64,000 bases of DNA from Phallusia mammillata (lineage: Eukaryota), in the NCBI GenBank assembly GCA_965637545.1, contig OZ281497.1:5890001-5954000 (forward strand), given 5' to 3'. This document shows positions 41,523-53,088 of the stretch, piece after piece. Position 1 is the stretch's first letter. Each line of letters begins with the position of its first letter. The notes beneath the pieces were generated by a model. The model was not told the origin of the DNA. It did no database searches and saw only the letters and a program-made list of their open reading frames with translations. Made by a program: the position numbers and the translations under genes.

Positions 41523-41571
<49 letters not shown>
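41523..41571. repeat. (AT)n microsatellite, ~24 units
   Basis: Uninterrupted ATAT run just upstream of the acceptor preceding the first coding exon of the winged-helix gene. Confidence 0.97.
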
Positions 41572-41575
<4 letters not shown>

Positions 41576-41657
41576 TTTTTTGAGCTGCATTTGAAATCAA
41601 ACTCTTTATTCTCCAGGAAAGTTTAGTGTAGGTATGTCATAACATTGAGTTGAAACA

Positions 41658-44600
41658 ATGTGTGACATTTGTGTGGCAATTGCCAAACAGCTTTTCCACC
41701 CTGAACTGAAGTATGCAGATGTCATTGCAAGCTTCAGGAATTTGTCAAATGAAAAAAGGGAAGAGGTGGGTTTGACTTTGACTTGACCACTAGTTTAAAT
41801 ATACCTAGTTAACTCTTTATGTTGTAAACCACTTTTGCACACAATCAGAGCTATTATCTTAAATGGTTTGTGTTCTATTGATTTTAAGCAGTTTTGTTTT
41901 TACTCAAACACATTTACAAGTGTTTTGAAGCAACCTGTTTACTGTTTTTTTGTACTGTTTACTGTTTTTTTGTACATTAACTGATATATGGCTTTGAAAA
42001 ACATTTTTCGTTTGAAGCAACCAGTCTAGCTAACACATTTATTGTTAGCTTTTGTCTCAGTTGTTAGGTTTGTACCTGGTCAATTGTACCCAACAATTTA
42101 GTAGTAACAATAAAATCTCACTTCTTTTTGCCTAGTAAAGAGATTACCAAATCATGTTTGGTACAGCAGTCTGTCGTTTATGGCTTAACAGAACATATTG
42201 TACTCTGAACGCATTAACTCGTGCAGAGTTTCCTTTTCTTGAACAAACTTTGTTTCTGTGCCTTAGTATATGGGATGTACTTTTAGATAATTAAAAAATA
42301 AACTCAAGTACAAATGCGAAGTTTTGCAGAATGTATACTGCTGCTGGCTCCATAATGTTTCCAAACAAAACATCGATGATGTGTTTATATTAACCAAAAT
42401 ATTTGATACAAGTTATATGCCATTTATTTAATATTTCCTAATTTATGATATATATTTCGGGAATTGCATTTATCCCAGCTACCCCAGCATTTTATGTGTC
42501 AGAAACGTTAGTTTGGTACAGAGACAGCACCCATAGCAATAAATGTTGTTGTGATTTAACTTCGTTGATGTCAGTTAAGCTGTGGCAATTATAGTTAGTC
42601 CAAAACGACAGTCCGTTTTTGGTCATTGACCTAAAAAGTGTGTAATGTGTATGATGTATACGGGAAAAGATGCCATCGGAAATTACTATTTTCCTGTTGC
42701 GTTAGCCATCTTCCTGTGTTCACACGCACGCAAATCACGTTTGGTGCACATATGTGCGCAGTGAAGCTTTCCTAAAGAATGTATTTTCTTCCCAAAATAA
42801 CCTACGCACGGCGTTATTGAAATTAGTGCGCCGAAAAGCATTTCCAAACAATTTTGTAGCGAGTTTTAAAATAGTTATTAATAATCACGGATTGCGCAAA
42901 AAGGAAAGTTTCTGAATCCAATTATTTTCCCCTACTCGTGTCTGATAATTATTTGCTGCGGTAAATAATAAAATTATGTGACGAATCTGTCTTGTCATTG
43001 AAAAAGTTCTTACAGGGCATGTCGTTACCGTGCTATTAATCACCTGAGTGATTTCCCACAGAAAGGTTATGAGCAACGGAGCAAGTACTTACCGCTTAGC
43101 GACCTATAAAGACCGCTTTTAAAACATGATGAAAGATAAACCATATTCAACACCGCCTTACCGACACGTTTTCCACGGGAAGTATTACTAACATCACAAA
43201 GTATTTGCTGTCGCTTGTCATTCGATATAAAGTTGTAATATTGATTACAAGATGTTCATGCTGCTCTACTTATATTTTCGCCTATATCTCCTGTACCCCT
43301 AGGGCCATCTTGTATATTAAGATCAGAATGTCGGTATTTTAATTCTTTACAGATGTGACACATCAGGGCAGAAATTGGTAATTATTTGACGCTCTCACAA
43401 CTATCGAGGTTAATTCCGTGACCCATTAACATGTTCTCATTAACTAACTTTTAAACCGCGGTACTGTGTTTAAAGAACAACACAAATGTCCTACAAAAAA
43501 AAAACTTTCTTGCAGATGCTGTTAAAATTTAAACAACCATTGATATGGCGACATAGTCATTACATGATTTTTGTTAGTGTTCAGCCTATATATTATCGTT
43601 TTTTCACACGACCAATACCTAAATAAAAGTGCGGACGAATTTGGCATGTTTTCCACGTCGGGTATGAACTAAACGCTAAAACTTGCATTTGTGAGCTGCA
43701 GCGTGTAAAACTCTTGGTTTGACAATTGTTAAAAAAACATATTGAGGCAATATGATCTGTACTTTTGAATCCCAAATATTCAAAAAAAGTTGAATCCCAC
43801 CAAAAAATTAAGTGGCTTGGGGTAATTAATTGAACACCCCTCGATGGTCTTTTGCAGCCTGATAGATTTTTGCAATTATAGGAATGTCAGGATCGTTTAT
43901 TGTATGGTCTTGTCTTAATTGTTAATGGTCCTGTCTTGTATTCACATTAGAAGCATATTAACTAATTCTATTAGGTAGTGCAACATTTTAATTTGGGCAT
44001 TCTTTGCATGGAAGCGGTGTAAAGTGAAATAATTTGCATCACTTTTATGTTTGTGCACTGCAAGTTGTTGAGAGCTCCAAGGCAAATTACCCATCCCGAA
44101 CCGGTTTTGCGCGACACCTAAACATTTTCTTTGACACGCCCTATGGCTGTTATCTTACACATTTAGTACGTTAATTGTTCTGAATCAGCATTTTTTTGGT
44201 GGCTATTACAGAAAATAACACAGGTTGTAAACTGTAAACTCCGGTTAGGGTTTTTAAGTTTATCTAATTTACGGATTGTGTCGGGTTCGAATAGTTCTCA
44301 ACCGGTGCGCGCCTTCGGATTCAGTTCGGGTTCGACTTCTGGGTTTAGCTACGCAGTTTGGTATTTCGTTATCGGGAGGAAAGCGACTAAGGCGACGCAA
44401 ATTGGTTACGTGAATGCATTTATACAACTATTGAGCAACTGTGAAACAGTTATTATTTTTTTTTTTGGACATACGTTTTAAAAATTTTGTCTTTTGACAT
44501 ATCAGTGTTGTAGGAGCGCATTTTAATCTAACGCAATGAAACGATTTTACGCATCTTGGCACCATCGTCCATAAAAAAGGTTATCTTACAAACAAAAAAA

Positions 44601-47600
44601 GACCAGATTTGCCGTTGTTTTTGTATTTCTCGATAGTTTGAGTCTATATAGACAAATTAACATAGGTTTTGTAATCTGCGGGATGATTATATAAGCCACA
44701 AAATGCAAACAGATTACACAGGCGACTCCGGCTGACAGGAAGTTGTTATATAGGCGTTTTGTTCCGGATAAACTTTACCACGGTATACGACATTGGTTTA
44801 AACACTGGCCTCTTGTTTTTATAACGTCAAAATTTGCGCTTTGTTTTCGAGATGCTTGAAAAAAGCTTGAGATTTACTTTTAGTTAGTATTTGCGGCAAA
44901 TAAATGCCAACACAAACACACAAAAATGTCAAATTTGTTTTTACATGACGCCAATATTACTTATGCCGAAACGTCTGAAACCTAATTCTTCAAATCAGGA
45001 TTAAGGGACCTAATTTTCCGTAGATTTATCTTTGTAAAATCACCTTCCTGTTAAAAGTAAAATGAATACAATATCATTGAACTATTTGATTTTGGTACAA
45101 GACTATTTGAAAGGTTATGAATTCATATATGAATGTAATTTCAGCAGAAAAATCGGTATATCGAAAAATAAAAATAAAAAATTGACCAAACTAAGATAAT
45201 ACAAAAAGCAAAATGTAAGGTGTGCCTATATTTTGTTTTTGCAGATCTCCTCCAAACATGGATCGTTCGTTGATTGGATCACATCCACTTGTAACCAGTT
45301 GGACAACAAAGACGCAGTTGATTTTACGTATCTCGTTCACAAGGTCATCAGGGAAAAGATCAGTTTGGGACTAACAGCTATTGGGACATTAAAAATTTCT
45401 GAAATTCAATGCAGCTTGATGCATACCACTGGTTTTGTTTCCGAAAGTTTGCTTAAAAGGGTTTTGAATGAGTTTCCCGAGTTTAAAATCGCACGCGAGG
45501 GTCATGACGAGGTTGTCAAGCTTAAAAGCGAATCCTCGCCCTCGAAGAAAATCTCTATTTCACTCCCGGACTTAAAAACGTGTTCTCCATCAAATAAAGC
45601 AAGCCAAATTAAGGCATTGTTTCGCAATCACCCAGATGTTGTTGCGTGCTTAGGTAAACATGTTACATGGGACGTCGTCAACAAGTCGTACCTCTTTTGG
45701 AAAGGACACTGCGGGAATTCCAGCACAAACTTTACAGATTGGCTGACAAGTATGGCAAATTCTCATTCACCGCGTCTTTATCCCGAGTACATCAAGGCTT
45801 TACGTCTGTGCTTTTTAAAACAATGCATGAACTTTATCCAAGCCAAGTCGCGTACAGTTAGGGAGATTAGAGACAACTTAACTATATCTAAAGCTGACCT
45901 TACCTCTGACAGCTTCATATACGAAGCTTGTAAAGATTCTGACTTGATGACTGTTACAATACCAAGTAATTCAATGCTGTTGTGCAAATACGTTGTAAGC
46001 ATTGTAGGCAAAGATACTGCGGTATCCGAACCTCTGACAAAAAGCTCAGTTTCTACGACAAAATCCTCTGGTACAGTTGCAGTTTCGACGCCTCGCGGGG
46101 AATCGTCTGATAATAATCGATTTCCATTTTTCATCTCTGCAACTTTTCTGAGAAAGATTATTCCACTGCTTTCTTGCAAAGTTCTGTGCACGTCTCTTAT
46201 TAGCACTTACCAATCTCTTGTAAATGAAGACGCGCACGTTGTTGATAGCTGGTTGTCTCGGTACGGGTGCTTTCTTGAATTTTTGCTACAATTCTGTAAG
46301 TACCATAAAAAGGCAATCAACTTAGAGATGTACAACGATGCTTTGGTGAACCAATTGAAAATCATAATCTGCCAGAAGTTGTATGCAGTTGAATCTCACA
46401 CCTTACCATGGTCAGAACTAATCGAAAATCTTGCACCAAAAGGCTTCGCGGATTCAAAGTTTATTTACAAAACAGTGCAGGCCAATGCCTCTCGTTTTGC
46501 CGTTGTTAATTCCAATGTTATTCTAATCGATGATAGAAAGGCCCAACAACAACTAAAAGATAACGAAATGTTCACAAGTCTTCTTAAGCACCCGCCGTTG
46601 CAGAAGTTGTGCAACGTTGACATTGAGTTCCGTGATTTTTTTGATACTTACCATACGTTATCAGTGAAAGAGAAGGAGTTTCTGGCCTCAAACAACTTTA
46701 GTTTTGTGTTTCTAGTGAAGGAGGTCTTCAAATTGCACCATCCAGATCAGTACTACTTTTACCGCAAACACCTAAACACTTTAATATTTGGTCAGCTGCT
46801 TGACTTAGTTCAATCTCGACACAAGATCCACATTACTCAGGCACAGCAGATTATCACACTGGGCAATTTTGATTTAATTAGCTGCCAAGAACTTCTCGCA
46901 TCAATGCGAATAATGCCTTCCAAAATCCGAGTAGTTGAGGACGAATTGTTCTTGTCTGATCTGGGGCCATCAAACCAGAGCGGCAGTAGCATGGAAGCAG
47001 TACCGATGGACCATCTTGCACAAGCTGTCCGAGGTATTTTTATGAGTCAGAACACCATAGATGGGCGAATTGCTGGGTTGTTACAACTTGACAATACAAT
47101 GCAAGAACACCTAAGAGATTTTGTTATCTTAAGGTATGGCACTCTCTGCCAATTTATCAGCTGCATTTGCGAAGACCGTGGAATTTTTCGTGCCAGTGTT
47201 GAGCATAAGGTTGCTGAGTATCTGAACGGAAGGAGCATGTTTCTTGAGGAGCTTTTGAGGCATCTTTTTGGCTTGAGGCCTTCTTTTATGAGCGAACGGG
47301 ACCTCTTAGAAATGCTCAGTCCGGTCAAGTTCGTGGCCTTAAACCACGCGAATGGAACGTTGGTTTCAGAAGTACGAAGTGCTGTACACGGAAAAGTGAG
47401 ATACTTTGATGAAAGTGAAAAAATGATTGTTGAAACAGTTCTGTCTCTCTTTACTCGCCAGTCTATTACTCTTTCCTTTGACTACACGTACAACAGAATC
47501 TGCAGCTCTAAGCATTTTACCAGGGTTCAACGGTTGTTCCTTTTTGGAAAACCCGAGGGAGAACTGGACAACCACTTAAGTGAAGTTTATTTTCGTCGCT

Positions 47601-50600
47601 TTTTGCTCATTTTCCCGACTATGTTTAGAATACTGGAAAGTGATGAAGTAGTGATCGGTGGTCGGTCTTTATCGCGTCGTTCTAGGTCAAGAAGCAACAG
47701 CGTTGGACCATTAGAAAGGTCACCACAAAAAGGCTGTGAATCTGAGCGCGAGAGTGGAGAAGTGACCGAAGAAGAGGACAATGAAAAATCGCCTTCCAAG
47801 CGCCACAGTAAAAAGCGAACCAACGCCAAGAAAGATGAAATCAAGGCAAAGAGACGCAGAATTAAGTTTAAGTCTCGCCGAGAGATTCGCAGAAATAAAG
47901 AAAGGTCTGCGAATGAGTCCGAATCAGGAGCATTACACGATACCATTATGTCTTTGCCAAATAATCTTGTTCAAGACGTGACTATGGGTCGTTTGCTTGC
48001 CTCCGAAAACAACCAAATGCGTTTAAACACATTAATCGATTGTTTGATGTCAAGTCTCCTGAATGAAACACAAAGAGTGCAGATTACAGAACAAGATTAT
48101 TTGAGATCGGTTTTTCAAAAGAAAGTTCTCGAATGTTTGTCCACCGCGGAACAAGTTCAATTATTGGATTCGGGAGATGAAGCTACAAAGACGGTAAGAC
48201 TTGTTTTAAAGCAGCAGGCAAAGATGGACGTTGTACAAGATTCAAGTGTGGCCATTTATCGTCACGTCTCCAGCTTGACCGGAGTTACAAGCAAGGAGCT
48301 GGCCGTATTTATCAAGTGAGTTAGTAGGCCTAGTAGCCTGCGTAGAGTTAAAAACTAAATCATCCCCTGGCTAAAAAAATATGCTACAATAAAAAGTTCA
48401 AACTTAATGCACGCTAGAAAGAATGCGTTTGGTGGCGCACAACATGCTGGTTAAATACACAAAAGAATTTTTTTTACAACCTTTACATGATGGGTTCCTA
48501 AGGTAACAAATAGGAATTGAATAGAGTTGACCCTGGTATTTCTTCGTCAGGCTCTAAACTAGAAGATGAGTCTAAAACAAATACCTCACTGTACACTGGC
48601 TAATTATTGTGTCGCGATATTAATTTTAAACAGTTAATGCTTCGAGAAAAAATAGAATGATTTTAATTGCAGTAGGACATTTTTTGCTCTCGAACACCAA
48701 CACTATTTTACTTGGTCAATTTCTAACCTATTCGACATGCCTTGCTGTAATTACGTCAAACACTTCGGCATGCCATGCAGTAAAAACGTAAAAGAATTGT
48801 CCAATAGATCACTTTCCATTAGTATTGCATGTTTTAAATGAACCCACTTCATTCTTTTGCGAGTCACCTTTCTTTGCAGGGCGTTGTTATCGATTCAGGG
48901 CGCGGAGCTTGACCTTGACACTGTTGTAAATGTTTCGCGTCGAAAGTATGGCAAAAGAAGCGCGTTCCCGAATCTATCCGATGACGTCATAGCATGTCAA
49001 GTCATGGAATGTTTGAAAAAAAGTTCTGAAATATTTATCAATGCAATTGAGGCAACTTGCTCTCTCCGCGAAGAACAAGGGGATCCTAAGAATCAGTTTG
49101 GGCTGAACAATTGTTTGGAAAATGTTTGTGAAAAAGAGATTGCGGATTTTATCACAGGATGTCTTGACGTATGTATTAAGTTCTTGCTTTTTTAAGTTAT
49201 CAAAATGACTTGCAATAGTATTTTGCAATATTTAAGATTGCAATAGTGTTTCTATAAAACAATTTGTTCATGTAGCAATGTAAACGCTAAATAGAATTTC
49301 GTTTTTAACTTCATACATTAAAATGTTTATCATTACGTTGAAACTGCTGTATTAGCTTGCATTTCATTTGCTAACTCGTCCTGTCCAATGAACTGCCACA
49401 AAGACAGTAAAATTTGTTGCATTATTGGCCCCTGACAGAAGACCTTACGCACATAGGAAACGAATTAATTTTGTTTTGTAAAATGCTTTTAAACAGGCCC
49501 CTTATCTTACCATTATAACATAGAAAATTTTGTTTGCTTACTACCTTACTTTTTAAACTTAAGCTTATTACCTTACTTGTAAGAAACCAAAGGGAATAAA
49601 GAACGACTGTTTCACTCTTTCCAGGAAAAATTGCACAATTCCGGAATTTCCTGGAAAAATTTGCTCGTTGAGGTTTCTAACTACTTTGAAACACGCCTTG
49701 GCTCCGTATCACCAACAACTTTGAAATTGATTGTGCAAAGTATTGTTCCTGGTATTGAAACAGTTGGGTTCACAGTTGCTGGAAAAGTAGCCAGACTACA
49801 GGAAAATGTTCCAGGTAATGAAAACTTTTTCCAACAAAATTTAGTTTATTATTTTGTTATGTGGTCAAATTAATAAAATTACGTGACAATAAGGGAAACC
49901 ATTGAGAACAAGTTACTACAAAGAAAACAAACCACTGTCAGACGTTTGATGTTCTATGGGAGAAATTGGCTTGTTAATAAATAAAAGACCGCTATTAACC
50001 AAACAATAGCTTATATTTTCTCTACATATATACATATGTTGTAATGTTTGGATGGTATGAAACGCATATTAATATATAGCAGGAGTGTGCCATTTATTTT
50101 ACATTTTCGAAGCTACACTACCGAACGTGCGTAGCTTTTTAAATAGAGGCCACAAAAAATAGTCTGTGTCGTAGGTTTGTATCTCAACCCAAGCAGACTT
50201 CAACTATTTTTTGTAACCGCGAAGTGAATTGATTTAGTTAGTCTATACATTTTATCCGCACTACATTTAGATCGGGACGGTACCTTGCCCTTGGATAAGA
50301 GTGAGAATGAACAAAAGCCCGAAGAGAAAGTGGAACAAGCAGTTGTAACTCAAACTGTTGAAACCGTGGAAGAATTATCGACCAGGCCAGAGGAGAGTGG
50401 CGTCATTCGACTGGATCCAAAAGACCAAAACGACACGCGACAACCTTCGGACGCGACACGCGACAAAACTGATTCTAGTTTCATGCCAAATGGTGAAATC
50501 GACATTTCAGATGTTATAACCAGTGTTAGGCAAAAAACAACCAACGATACTGCTGAAGCGCCCACGGAGAAATTGGTTTCTACAAACGCGGTAGAGGCTA

Positions 50601-51586
50601 AGTCCCCAGAACAACAACATGTAGTTTCATGCAGTCGAGAGGCAGTTCAAGATGTTAGGCGGGCCAAGCGAATTGAGCGCCATGAAAAAATCTTTGGGTT
50701 CTTGGTTGCGTATCTCTCATGCAAAAACTTCTGCTCAGAAACTGTGGATGTTTTAATGGCCGCCGGACGAGAGTTTTCCAATGAGCGATTCGCGCGCAGC
50801 CCTTTGGCAATGGAAGCGTACATACGCGAATTCGTGGCTTTCTCGGGGAATTTGTTTGCGTTTGGAAACCGCTGTGGAGACGTAGGTGTGTCGTGGATTT
50901 TCTACAGGCCCCACTGTGCACGAAATGCAATCACTAGCACGCCTAGTCTGCCTTTGCTTGAAATCATGCAAGACTTAGTGGAAGCTCTGCAGGTCCACCT
51001 GCTAACTAAACCAAATAGAAGAGACTCTCTCGCTAAACTGTGCAATATGGTTGTCCGCCGTTTTGCAGACAACCTAGCTGTTATACAAGAAACCGAGCGA
51101 CTACCCATCTGTCGTACGTTGGTTCTTTTGGGTTGTATACGGAATTTAGATAAATTTATATTCTCAAAATCTGCAATGTCCATTGGCCTTCGTATGGAAA
51201 CTTTGAGTAAGACTATTCAATCTCTTGTCACCCCGTTAACACCATTGTCCCCCGCGAGGCGTCCGTCTACAGAAGAGCTGGAGCAACCTTTACCAGTTCC
51301 CAGGCCAATACCGCTTCGTGCAAAGGCGAAAAGCAAAACAGTACAGCGCAACGAAGAAGCCATTAAACTGGTCGCCGAGATACTTCACAATAACGGACCC
51401 TGCACCAAAACCGAGCTACGCGATTTTTGGTCACGTGATGCTCCTGATGACTTACGCAAGGTTCTCGGTACCGGAGTATCTTTTCTCTTCGATTTACGCA
51501 AGTTCGAGCAATACTTTCCAACTTCAGAAGACGGTAAGGTGGAACTGAACGACATTGAGTTTCAGAGGTTTCTCTTGCAAATATGA
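41658..51586 (+). CDS. Large uncharacterised protein (~1657 aa) with ~10 winged-helix / LOTUS(OST-HTH)-like repeats and a central RS/basic-acidic region; 5 coding exons
   Basis: Exons: 41658-41765 (MCDICVAIAK...KREE, upstream in-frame TGA), 45245-48315 (acceptor ttttgcag|ATC; donor AA|gtgagt pre-empts the ORF-track stop), 48880-49168, 49625-49814, 50271-51586. They total 4974 nt and all phases join. The exon structure is solid; the domain call is pattern recognition only. Confidence 0.85.
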
Positions 51587-51799
51587 TGATGGTCAAGTTG
51601 TGATAGGTTGTCGTAAGGGATCATTACTTTAATGCCAGTGAAACATATACCATTTTAGTGCCATACCGTGACAAGTGATCTTGCTCAAAGTAAGTGTTAA
51701 ACCTAAGGTACAAAAAACGTATGCTAAAATTGTTGCCAAGTTTGCAATAAATGTATCGTGCTTTTTTGTTATGTTGCCAAAATAGGTGTTGTATTTTGT

Positions 51800-51868
51800 T
51801 AATTGGTTGCCGAGAGTTTGCGTGCCAGCTAATTGGTTGCCGAGAGTTTGCGAGTTTGCGTGCCAACT
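51800..51868. repeat. 30-bp tandem duplication downstream of the winged-helix gene stop codon
   Basis: taattggttgccgagagtttgcgtgccagc occurs twice; the second copy has an internal 8-nt duplication (gagtttgc). Confidence 0.9.
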
Positions 51869-53088
51869 ACCCCGTATTATTGACTGCAAGTACAATTTTC
51901 TTACTTTTTAAACCATTTGACACCATATTTTCACCTTTGACTAGTTGAAAGTGTTTGAAAATCTGTTTGGTACTGACACCATTAATTGCAATGACTGAAC
52001 GAAAGCGGCGTTTTTCTTGCCATTTTCGAACCACTTTCAGTTTTGGGTACATCTGTTGCAACCTATCTTATGTATTAGTATGCAAGACTTAATCCTTCGC
52101 TGTCCTATAGTTTCACCTTCAGGCTACGTGATTGTGTGATTGTCAAAGTATTTACACTGTTCTCGTAGGTTTGTCAATCTTGAGTGAGGATTTTTCAACG
52201 TTTTCGTGTTGTGCTTTTTAAAAAGACGATTTGGTTGTTGTTTATGAGTTCCATTTTCGTTTATTGGTTCTTGTGTTATTTCTTTTTTTTCTTTTTGTGT
52301 TTCTGTACTGCTATCACTTCATGCACAAATTCAAGACTGCTGAAACTTTTTAAACTATGTGCTGTTGCCTCCGTAGAAACACTTTTTGCTCCAACAGATT
52401 TGCACCCCAGAAATACACAAAGACTTTAGGATACCGTGTTGCACAAATGACTCAGTTGCCACATTTCTTACTATCTTCTTGTTTTCTTAAATGATGTAAC
52501 TTTTAGTCTGTGTTATCAGAAATTTCTTTCAAAAGTTGTTCACTTTTCCGAAATAAACAATAACACTTATCTACAAACACAAGCAAATAATTCATTTTCT
52601 TGGTCTTTATTTGCTTAGTGCGACATTCAAGCTGCTCAACCAAAGGTATCATTTGCGCCACAACAGCCTATTACTGACGATGCGAGCGGTTATCTGGTTC
52701 CATTCATAGACAATTATTCTCTTATCTGCCTTGTGGGTTTCATGTCTTTAATAATGTTATTTTACGATCTGCTTTTGCTGTGAATTACGCTAGTCAGTCT
52801 TGAAATTATTTGAGTAAGTATCAGTTTAAAAATAAGTTATTACGGTGTATTCAGCTCACATGCCAAAATACCAACCCTACGCTAATGGCTAGCCATGCTT
52901 TACTTGGCGTTAAAAGCAAAAAATCTTGAAGGACGTTTTCTGCATTTGTTAAGCACATCACTTTGTTGTACAGTTAAGCTAATGGGGCCTTAATATGTGA
53001 ATAAAACATGCACGTCAATAAGTATCGGGCATATAACAAAGGAAGGCATACGAAATAACGTAAGGCGTCTGTGAAAAGTAGCAACAGC

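Larger units (their letters stand above)
39732..41657. promoter_or_regulatory. Shared intergenic/5' region of the head-to-head C2 gene and winged-helix gene (candidate bidirectional promoter)
   Basis: The two start codons point away from each other 1.9 kb apart. Both are preceded by splice acceptors (ttag| upstream of 39731; ctccag| at ~41597), implying upstream UTR exons or trans-splicing. A CpG-containing core at ~40100-41000 includes TGACGTCA (~40483). Confidence 0.55.

Noticed and set aside
45233-45244. ORF-track start of the 1028-aa ORF and its stop at 48319
   Set aside because: The TTG start is part of a polypyrimidine/AG acceptor and the stop lies inside a GTGAGT donor. The ORF is an internal exon (45245-48315).
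45778-51596. Many 60-140 aa antisense or alternate-frame ORFs over the winged-helix gene
   Set aside because: These are shadows of the long coding exons with no independent start, splice or homology signals.
51800-51868. 30-bp direct repeats as a possible CRISPR array (also the 35-bp repeat at 15298)
   Set aside because: The repeats are adjacent with no unique spacers, there are no cas genes, and the context is eukaryotic.
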